Part shown: positions 1 through 7,515 of the stretch, one piece after another
Position numbering within the stretch: the stretch's first letter is position 1
Layout of the letters: every line of letters begins with the position of its first letter
DNA from: Trichoplax adhaerens
Taxonomy: Eukaryota; Animalia; Placozoa
NCBI RefSeq assembly: GCF_000150275.1
Contig: NW_002061221.1
Location: 1 to 7,515 of the forward strand
Reading direction: 5' to 3'
DNA length: 7,515 nt
Position numbers and translations under genes: made by a program
The notes under the pieces: model-generated
Databases searched by the model: none
What the model was told of the DNA's origin: nothing
The model's input: only the letters and a program-made list of their open reading frames with translations

Positions 1-2
1 AA

Positions 3-356
3 CTCCCAAACGTAAAAGTCGGCAAGGAAGTACGAGCACATACCCAAAAAATAGTAGAGCTCTCCAAACGGTATATAGAAACACTAAAGATGGGACAAAA
101 TTTATTGAATATGGCATTCAATAATCAAAGACAAGGTCAAGAAGAGATCTTTACTACTACCGCACAGAGGTTGTGGCAATGTGCCAGTTGCATGCTTAAC
201 TTGCAGCAAGATCACTACAACCAGATTATGGAACTGAAAGGAAACCAACAGGAAATGTTTCAATTCTGTGATAAGCAAGAGGAGATGCTATCTAATTTGT
301 CAGATATTCTGCGAGCATTGCAAGTAAAGAATTCTGAGGTACAACAAGGCGACTAG
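3..356 (+). CDS. 5'-partial CDS (C-terminal 117 aa) of an uncharacterised Gln-rich helical/coiled-coil-like protein; copy A, the only intact family member in the window
   Basis: The frame of ORF 90..356 stays open upstream to the window edge (LPNVKVGKEVRAHTQKIVELSKRYIETLK then M at 90), so ATG90 is probably internal. All 17 Gln codons are CAA/CAG, there is no internal stop, and it ends at TAG 354-356. It aligns to degraded copies at 370-600(-), 1580-1813(+) and 6030-6200(+). Confidence 0.75.
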   Translation, partial: LPNVKVGKEVRAHTQKIVELSKRYIETLKMGQNLLNMAFNNQRQGQEEIFTTTAQRLWQCASCMLNLQQDHYNQIMELKGNQQEMFQFCDKQEEMLSNLSDILRALQVKNSEVQQGD

Positions 357-369
357 AATGTACTAGCAG

Positions 370-945
370 TCAATTTTGAAGCTTAGATTCATTTATAACT
401 TGCAGTATCTATCTAATTTTAACACTCAGTCACGTTCGTTTTGCCCTTAAAAGACTTGTTTGATGTAATCAATTCTCCTGTATTTGTGGCAACAATCATT
501 ATTATTAAGACTTAAGATGTTGATTGTAATTATTTCCATATTCCATACACTATCCTATGATAAAGTAACATCATGTAATTTAAAATTAGAATATGAAATT
601 TTGAACTTTAACCAGCTCTAAATACTCAACCCTTAGCATATCCAAAACCATATGGCGTGGTAGTTTTGCTTCGATTTTGATTTTGTTCTACATGTATCTT
701 TTCCAAGTTTGTATTTCAATTAAAATTTTATGCTGAAATTTAATAGCTGTATTTGGATGTTTAATAAATGTCTTACGCGTCAAAGTGAATAAAATCTATT
801 TCACTACCCGTACAAACGATGTCGTCTACAATATTCCAAGCAGATCAGCTAGGTATACTAGGATGTTGTTATAACTCTATGAGGAATGTTAGGGGTATAG
901 ATTTTCCCTTACAATGATCAGTCACGTACTTGAATTAATTGCGAC
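370..945 (-). pseudogene. Degraded paralogue, copy B, convergent with copy A
   Basis: The minus frame reads KIKIEAKLPRHMVLDMLRVEYLELVKVQ (KLPRH at 666-652), then CMEYGNNYNQHLKS****LLPQIQEN*LHQTSLLRA and ILQVINESKLQN, versus copy A CMLNLQQDHYNQIMELKGNQQE...QEEMLSNLSDILRALQVKNSEVQQ. In another frame upstream is GKIYTPNIPH (NIPH 890-879). DNA 918-935 resembles 7238-7254 of copy I. At least one frameshift. Confidence 0.65.
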
Positions 946-948
946 CCG

Positions 949-1813
949 TTTTTATTCAACAAACAATTTCTTCGCTCTACTTCACCGGATAACTGTAGTA
1001 GCACAGCAATGTTATTTTCGTATCAGATATTATGATAAAAGTATACATGAAATTTATTGCTATCTATCCAACCATTTTCATGTATACAATTAGCTAAAAG
1101 AATGCGCTTGACGAGAAACTTCGCCCATTTAAAATTCTGACGAAATTTTTACTCATAAATCAGCACTGGACTGGATCAAAAGTATGGCAAAACTGGCGTT
1201 TCAGTAAGGGGACGGCAAGGAAGGAAATTTTTTGTTGAGCATTCCTAACTATACCATACCAAGCCACAGGCTCAGCTTCTAAACTACACAGTACAAACCT
1301 AGGGGCTACAAAAAAGAAATGAACGGGTTTTCTGTATACTTTCCTGCAGTATAATGAGCAGTAATATTAATGCATGGTTGACTTGCGAGCCGCTAAAACA
1401 GAAATAACCCGTAGATTGACTTATGCAGACTGCTAGAACAAAATGAGGGAGGTCTTACATCTTATACTGTGGAGTGTAGGTATAGGATTGGCTCATGGTA
1501 AGCAATAATTCCATCACTAGTATACCTACCCGTACATATTCCATAAGCAGTAGCAGATAAATTAGCAAGGACTTGAGAAAATATATAGTAGTGTCAAAGA
1601 TATTATATTCATGCGTTATTAGAATAGTCGAGAGTTATTAGTCGGTAATTCAGAAACGATAGCAATAACCCCAAGTTGGACCGCAATCATTTAAATAATT
1701 CTACAAGGGTTAGAGTTAGGATAAGATAATTATATTGACAAAAATTATAATCTACGCACTAATTATGAACTGCGAGATTTATATTATCGTTGTAACCTGT
1801 ACCTTATCTGTAA
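949..1813 (+). pseudogene. Degraded paralogue, copy C, interrupted at its 3' side by the Helitron-like insert
   Basis: Frame +2 blocks: VYFPAV**AVILMH...NP*IDL (1334-1423) vs copy I IYIPLRAELRIH...*PNINI; I**CQRYYIHALLE*SRVISR*FRN (1583-1657) vs copy A IVELSKRYIETLKMGQNLLNMAFNN; TARFILSL*PVPYL* (1769-1813) vs copy A CASCMLNLQQDHYNQ. A possible N-terminus FLFNK...STAML lies in frame +1 from 949 (weaker; needs a frameshift near 1140). Confidence 0.65.
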
Positions 1814-1844
1814 TGTGCAATATCGTGTGCGATATTACACATTA
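1811..1844. repeat. 15-bp inverted repeat / hairpin
   Basis: TAATGTGCAATATCG (1811-1825), loop TGTG, CGATATTACACATTA (1830-1844); 14 of 15 positions complementary. Confidence 0.9.
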
Positions 1845-1852
1845 GTACTCAG

Positions 1853-2029
1853 TATATTAAATTATAATTATCGAGCTGAACCTTAACATACAGTATATAT
1901 AGACAGTATACTTTATATAGAACATACGTAACATATAAATATATATATATGTATTATACGATATATTAAATTATAATTATCGAGCTGAACCTTAGTATAC
2001 AGTGTATATATATATACAGTATACTTTAT
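1853..2029 (+). repeat. Two direct repeats (1853-1916 and 1962-2029, offset 109 bp) separated by a TA microsatellite
   Basis: The first 33 bp are identical (TATATTAAATTATAATTATCGAGCTGAACCTTA), both end in CAGTATACTTTAT, and they differ mainly in (TA)n length. Confidence 0.95.
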
Positions 2030-2061
2030 GCACAGCTGGGTGTGCGGGGTTCGGCTAGTAG

Positions 2062-2676
2062 TATCTAAATTTCAAAGATCATGCAAACCATGAAGCCTTA
2101 TATAAATCTTATCTAGGCACAAACATTTCCACTCAACATGTCATACTCTTGAATATTCACAATCAAGAATAAAACGAACGAAAATATAAATCAATGTCGG
2201 CATTACACCGACAATTAAATTATACTGTAATTTCGAATTTTCATGGGAAAATTCTTACAATTTCTCCCTTCAACCTACGCTCTCGGCAGTAATGCGAATT
2301 GAGAAGAACGGATTTCTGCCGTAGAAATACTTTATATCCTTTATCAGATGACGAAACAGCTTAACAAATTAAACTAGTAAAGCTAAGTATCGATGATATA
2401 TCGAAAGAGACTCTGCATGCTGTTCCTAAAAGATTGATCAAAGCCATTGATAAGATTTATGAAGGCTTGTAGCTTGTATTGATACCTGATGTATATGTAC
2501 AGTATGGAAGCTCTATTCACGCATAGCATCAACTCTATCCTTTCGACACCTTATATGTAATTCTAGAATCTAATATGCGACTTGAGCTATTCTTACATAA
2601 TCTTATAACTTCAATGTTAATCTACTTTGGGGCTTTATTACTTTACCTCGCGTTGTTATCCATATATACCAGATGA
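2062..2676 (+). pseudogene. Degraded paralogue, copy D (may include the continuation of copy C)
   Basis: Frame +1 has only 6 stops in 205 codons. Blocks: QLNYTVISN; GKILT (2245) vs copy B GKIYT; LRSRQ*CELRR vs copy I LESRLTLSLRR; DFCRRNTLY (2311-2337) vs copy B EYCRRHRLY; VPKRLI vs LPRHMV. Confidence 0.6.
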
Positions 2677-2679
2677 CGC

Positions 2680-3387
2680 TTATTTATCGAAAATAGAATG
2701 ATAATTTGTCTCTGAAGTCACCTCGTTACATCCTAAACTTGCTAATCAATCCTATTAGCCTGTAAAAGGGTAGTCAAAGGATGTAAATGAGTTAGCTACA
2801 TATTTTACGAAGTGACTTTTTCTACAAAATACTTATTTTATTTTCGTTAGATAACATACCGCTATCTATTGACGTTTTACATATTTTTAATAAATATCTA
2901 TATAGTTGTATAATGTTATTTATAAGCTCATAATTAATATTCATGTAGATTTACTATAAGCCAAGTAACTTTTAAATAAAATTTGGATTCAGTTATGTCT
3001 ACAGTAAGAGAGACTAGTGTTGTGTTACTGTTCTTCCTGGCGATAGAAGATCGTCAGTATTTAGAGACGTACCGTATGTAAATGTAAGGGAGGACAAACC
3101 TGACAGTAGATTCGTAGTCTGTTGTTTCTATATCAATTTAACTTTTTCTTGTTACAAATTTCGATTTGTAACTACATAATATAATTAAACTGAAGAACTG
3201 ACTAATAGAGTTAAGCCGAGGAACCTGGTGGACTGTAAATCAGGAATAAAGTATATTCTATTATCACGATATCGGTTAATTTGTTAGTGATAATCTACCA
3301 GAGGTAATTTGTTTTTGCTCCTACTTGCTAAGATAAACTTAGCAACTCTGTCATATTAATCAAAGTGTTTAGCTAGATGGTTTCGAG
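2680..3387 (+). pseudogene. Heavily degraded paralogue, copy E
   Basis: Frame +1: FIENRMII (2683) vs FVANKIIT/FHSNK; K*VSYIFYEV (2785-2814) vs copy I KVVCIILYEL; IVV*CYL (to 2922) vs VVISKCYL; LPEV...T*QL (3295-3348) vs copy A LPNV...TQKI. Stop density is near random here, so support rests on motifs only. Confidence 0.45.
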
Positions 3388-4620
3388 ATGGAATATCGTA
3401 ATCATTTTCTTGATTTTTTGTTCAAAAGACGTCAACACCACAGATTAGGATATAATTATAGTTAAATCATTTGCATGTGTAATTTAATAGCTGTTCGATA
3501 TATCTGAAGACATAGGTAGCAATCGTAAAGGCATTTACATGAACACACGAATTGTGTTATTTAATGAATGATTGATTGTGTTGGACATTTATCACTCCTT
3601 ATTAAGAACTACCAACAAGTATGCAACCACTAGATTAAATCCACACAGCTGTATATTAATTATTAGCTATCTACTGTAGTTATTAGTTAATATACAACCG
3701 AATATTGGGTCTATCTTACTCTATTAGGTGAGCACACATACCAAATACAACAAATAGGTACGCAAAAGTGATTTACTAAATGAATGTATGGCTCTTACAC
3801 GACTGGAGCTATATGCAATATGAGATGCTAATCGGTTGATAATATTGAAATTGGCATATTTCTATCGCATCTATTGAAGTGTACAGCAAACAGGAACTAC
3901 TCTGTCAAATATCACTCGGACAATAGATAGGAAAGATGCTTTATTAAATTAATGCATGGCTTTGATCAATCTAAAGCCTCATATAAGTACATCCAAAATC
4001 CTAATGCTAATATGTAAATAGGGATTACTCTGCAAAATATCTTTCTCTCCCTTGTTATAATTTCTAATATACTAAGCGAAAAGTTGAGCGAGTTTCCTCA
4101 AGATTATAGGTGGACAAAAAATCGTTCAGTAGTCCTTAGTCACAGCAATTTATAACCTTAGATGAATAAGAGCGGATGGAAAATATATTAATTAGAGAAA
4201 ACTAGAAAGCGCAAGTATAAATTTACGAGTATGCACGACGGACAGTTAAAAATCGAATGATATTGCAGACGATAACATACTCACGATTATGAGCAACATA
4301 ACTTCCTCGGCAAATTTATTGCTTTCAACAGATCGAAGAACTCTTGTATATGGGTTGATATATTTTTTGTTTGTTTATTTGATATACTTGCTATATCCAT
4401 ATAAGTGTTACCAAAACATTCTTCTCTGTATGCATATATTAATATGAAACCATGTTAATGAATCTTCTATAAAATGTTGCTCACTCATAAATTTTAAACA
4501 AGCTTACAGCACAAATTTTGAATATGATAATCATTCTTTAACGTTTCAACTTAAATATGTTTAATTTTAGGCTTAAAACAAGGCTATATTGTTAAATCAA
4601 GCCAAGCCAAGTTTAATTGA
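3388..4620 (+). pseudogene. Degraded paralogue, copy F (possibly more than one unit)
   Basis: Frame +1: LIAVR vs LISVTR; LSTVVIS*...VYLTLLGE (3667-3732) vs copy I LRTIVVISK...IYIPLRAE; C*SV (3826) vs CRSV; KPC**IFYKMLLTHKF*TSLQHKF (4447-4518) vs the 30-aa repeat KPCLN*LSKILSTCED*...EHKL. About 11 stops in 226 codons over 3784-4461. Confidence 0.55.
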
Positions 4621-4677
4621 ATTGATTCGATGACAAATACGAAATGATTCGTATTTAGAATATCAGAATCCGCGTAA

Positions 4678-5654
4678 ATTGAGATTCATTTTCAATTCTT
4701 CTTTTTACGTATTGAAACTTCCCATTTTGTTGCAAACAAAATCATAACAATAAACTATGATTTTCCGCCTGGTATTACATCAGTGATTAAAATAACTATT
4801 CTAGTTTGCACAATACATTATTTACTATTTCTTAATAGAAGATGTACGATAATTCCTACTGCTACAATTAAATACTTAATAATTGAATTTGAAATAACAG
4901 CAATAAGTGTGCTAACAGGAATTATTGATTATAAGTGTTCTATAAAGAGCATCAATCTATAGCCAAACCAATTTAGTACGGTGTCTAATAATTACGAAGA
5001 CTATAAATTCAAATTACTGCAACAGCGTCCTTCTATATGAAACAATTATGTTTAAGTTTCACGCTAAGTACGAAAGGTTGCGGTTTGCTAAGCGAACTAT
5101 TTTCATTACGATCATATACGTAAAGCTGAAGTGAATCTTCAATCGAATGATTAGACAGAGAAGATAAATTATTTCAAAATTTGCTGGTATTGTTGATATC
5201 GACCCTCATTGCACACTATTACTAAAAATAAGGATTATCTCTGCCGCATGACTTCTGGAAAACTCCAAGTATAGTGACTTAATTGAAAGATTCACTAATT
5301 CTATACTCCTAGAAGCAAATGCTTATAGATTATATTCAAAATCATAAATTAGATCGCAGACTAATCACCTACTTAGCCATCAATCATGCTTGAAATATTA
5401 TGCGTTACTTCTATATCTAAATTCCCATGGGAGATGGTAAACAGTAAGAATTATTAAGAAGACTAATTATACTCTGTGCGTCGCTTGATTACCATAGTTA
5501 CCCTATAATAAGATTAAGGCAACTTCATTATATTATTAATCTTACCGTTATATTATCTCTGGAAATAATATTTTAAATGAATGCAGGCAGATACGAGTAG
5601 ATCGTAGGATTTCAGATGCTACAACATTCGTCTGATATTTCTAATCATAATTAA
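4678..5654 (+). pseudogene. Degraded paralogue, copy G
   Basis: 4678-4959 is a 94-codon stop-free, ATG-free, Ile-rich stretch. Collinear with copy I: FVANK (4726)/FHSNK; VCTIHYLL (4804)/VCIILYEL; RRC/RNC; KC/KC; R*VRKVAVC (5062-5088)/RAIKAVKVC. SKFPWEMV (5416-5439) matches copy B AKLPRHMV. Confidence 0.65.
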
Positions 5655-5675
5655 TTTTTTTTTTAAAGCGTGTAA

Positions 5676-6218
5676 TGCCGCATAAATTTTAACATTCCTC
5701 AAGTATTAACTAGCTAAGTAATACTCTAGTTATAAGTCCTACGTACTATAGAAAGTAATAATAATCTGTATGATGGTTCTACAGTTATATCGGCTATTCT
5801 TATTGTGAGACAAGATAGTATTTTGCTAATCCTAGCAAATAGATCAAATATAAGTGAAGTGAAGTGAGAGAGATCTTACGAAGTGCTTAACTTGTAACTG
5901 AAGAATCAGTACGCGAACAAAGTTCAGTCAAAAATCAACAGTTATGAAAGCATTGAGGTTGACGTGTTAACTGTTTTAAAACATCCTTAAAATGTAGCTT
6001 AGAACATTAGCTTTATATCAACTATTAATTGCTTATCTTAGCTTGAAGTGCAGGATTAATAACTTATAATTGTCTGTAACGAAAGCGTTAAACTATTTTT
6101 TAAGCCGTTTAGTATCAAGTCTGAAGTGTTATCTTAATTATTGCCATATTTGCCATAAATTACACCTTAAATTTATTTGCAAGCCCTTTAATTAATAAAA
6201 TAATCTTCTGTCATATGA
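5676..6218 (+). pseudogene. Degraded paralogue, copy H
   Basis: Frame +3: NFNIPQVLTS*VIL*L vs copy I NINIPHLESRLTLSL; RSYEVLNL*L (5871) vs RTYS*AALKL; KVQSKINSY (5919) vs KVLSRLPNY. A 37-residue ungapped match (6030-6140) to copy A has 8 identities (C,L,I,F,E,L,S,L); LQAL*L matches LRALQV. Confidence 0.65.
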
Positions 6219-6456
6219 TCTTTCAATCAACCAGATGTAAAATAAAAGGGTATTTGATACATTAGTATTTTAAGAGAAAAGTTACTGAGATGACCGTAGG
6301 ATCTTAGTTTTGAAATCTAGTAGCACTAGGAGTTTGGCACACCAGTATTTCTAATATAAGTACGCTGCTTTATGGAAAAGTAAATGTAGAATCTTCTATC
6401 TATAGTACTTGATAGCAGTACATCTATTAACTGACCGAAATTATCAGCCGAAAAAT

Positions 6457-6816
6457 GTGAGTTTATGCTCGTACAGTTGTAGAAATCAAATCTTCACTTG
6501 TAGATAATATCTAGGATATTTAACTTTTGCAAGACTTTCCGAGCTCAGAGAGTTTGTGCTCTCGTAGTCGTAGAAATTAATCTTCACTTATAGACAACAT
6601 CTAAGATAGTTATTTTTGCAAGGTTTTTCAAGCTCAGTAAGCTTATACTCGTGCAGCTATAAAAATTAATCTTCACATGTAGATAATATCTTGACAAGTT
6701 AGTTTAGGCAAGGCTTTTCGAGCTTACTAAGTTTATGCTTGTATAGCTGTAGAAATTAATCTTCACATGTAGATAATATCTTGGATAATTAGTTTAGGCA
6801 AGGTTTTTTGATCTCA
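6457..6816 (-). repeat. Four tandem ~90-bp repeats (91, 89, 90, 90 bp) encoding a 30-aa helical module on the minus strand
   Basis: Units are 6457-6547, 6548-6636, 6637-6726 and 6727-6816; units 3 and 4 are 74/90 identical. The minus-strand consensus is ELEKPCLN*LSKILSTCED*FLQLHEHKLT. Units 1 and 2 each carry a 1-bp indel. Confidence 0.95.
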
Positions 6817-7515
6817 GATTAAATTATTATGCAGTCCCTTATTAATTTATGTTCGGTAAGAATTACTCCTTTCCTAATACTTGTAGCATCATAATGGAGA
6901 ACTTGCTTATGAAGAATCAATTTCAGCAACATTTTTTGTCATCATCTTTATAAGAATATAGTTAGGCAATCTACTTAATACTTTCTCTTACTTAGGCACA
7001 CTACTACTAAGTTTAAGGGCAGCTCATGAATACGTTCTAGAAGTTACCGTATGTTAACGTATCATCTTTAGATGAAAATCATGAAGTAGACCATATTTAA
7101 TGCAAGCACTATGGCCGCAAACTTTGACGGCTTTTATTGCTCTTCTTAAAGATAACGTTAGTCTTGATTCCAAGTGCGGAATGTTAATATTAGGTTACGC
7201 ACCTACTGAACGGCATCCATTCCAATGTATGCGTAGTTCAGCACGTAATGGAATATAAATGGGTTCGATTAAATAACATTTACTAATAACAACGATAGTC
7301 CTTAAACTGTTATTATAAACGTAGATAATATTGTACTGATAACGATTAACCTGAGTATATTTACTAAATTATTAACAACAATTTCTCGTTACCGAAATTA
7401 GCTCATATAGAATAATACATACCACTTTTACAAACAGAAACTACTCTGCTAGCATGGTGGACTAACCTAATAAGCGGGGTTTACTTGAAAATACAGCTTT
7501 ATTGCTATGGAACAT
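6457..7515 (-). pseudogene. Degraded paralogue, copy I, the most complete template, with an expanded C-terminal repeat
   Basis: A single frame from the ATG at 7515-7513 (MFHSNK...) to about 6907 has 8 stops in the first ~195 codons (7 TAA/TAG, 1 TGA). A frameshift then leads into the repeat frame. It contains all shared motifs (NIPH 7185-7174, KVLSRLPNY from 6984). The 3' end is undefined and may extend below 6457. Confidence 0.65.

Larger units (their letters stand above)
1811..2058. mobile_element. Short non-autonomous Helitron-like element (left boundary 1811, 1871 or 1980)
   Basis: The right end has a GC-rich hairpin GCACA-GCTGGG-TGTGC (2030-2045), then GGGGTTCGG-CTAG (CTAG 2055-2058) followed by T, matching the canonical Helitron 3' terminus. 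Candidate A|TC 5' ends are at 1871 and 1980. It also has internal (TA)n tracts, an inverted match AGCTGAACC / GGTTCGGCT, and a second hairpin at 1811-1844. Confidence 0.55.

Noticed and set aside
763-793. AATAAA polyadenylation signals for copy A
   Set aside because: The hexamer is common at this base composition, and there is no transcript evidence.
1706-1720. Telomere-like AGGGTTAGAGTTAGG
   Set aside because: Only about two degenerate units, lying inside a pseudogene frame.
737-3494. 14-bp exact match AATTTAATAGCTGT at 737-750 and 3481-3494
   Set aside because: About one such match is expected by chance in 7.5 kb of AT-rich DNA, and it does not extend.
4599-6157. Micro-repeats AAGCC x2.6 (4599-4611), AAGTG x3 (5852-5867), TTGCCATA x2 (6141-6157)
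   Set aside because: Ordinary slippage products with no further structure.
5820-6240. Minus-strand degraded ORF continuing copy I
   Set aside because: No family motifs were found there, whereas plus-strand frame +3 aligns to copies A and I in several collinear blocks.
6457-6816. CRISPR array or C2H2 zinc-finger array
   Set aside because: Whole units are similar with no unique spacers, and the translation lacks CxxC...HxxxH spacing and TGEKP linkers.
7090-7125. RING-finger-like CGHSAC motif on the minus strand
   Set aside because: The flanking CxxC pairs are absent, and paralogues keep only the first Cys.
7351-7422. Fungal-type intron on the minus strand (GTATGT...GCTAAT...AG)
   Set aside because: The same bases translate as VCIILYEL...RNC, which aligns with copies G and E, so they are more likely former coding sequence.
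1-7515. Alternative genetic code (TAA/TAG = Gln, as in ciliates) making all copies functional
   Set aside because: Copy A uses only CAA/CAG for 17 Gln, in-frame TGA stops also occur, copies B and I have frameshifts, and ATG/TGG are depleted. This fits mutational decay better. Codon analysis of conserved genes in the genome would settle it.

Overview
AT-rich, probably eukaryotic DNA (or an endogenised viral segment); no prokaryotic genes, RNA genes or CRISPR seen. The ORF track shows one short ORF, but manual six-frame translation through stop codons suggests nearly the whole window is a dense, intronless array of about 9 deeply diverged copies of one protein family I do not recognise. Shared collinear motifs are FxxN[KR], VCxIxY, LxTxV(V)IS/CY, YxPxRAxxxxH, NIP[HQ], RxxxxVxVC, KxxxxLP, then a Gln-rich helical C-terminus. 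Only the 5'-truncated copy at <3-356 is intact. The others keep long single frames but carry many TAA/TAG codons where homologues have Gln, and are poor in ATG/TGG, a RIP-like or methylation-driven C>T signature. The copies from about 1140 to 5685 share one frame once a ~190-250 bp Helitron-like insert (ending CTAG at 2058) is removed, so they may be one former giant multi-repeat gene. The rightmost copy carries four 90-bp (30-aa) tandem repeats. All alignments were made by eye at low identity and need computational confirmation; pseudogene boundaries are approximate.
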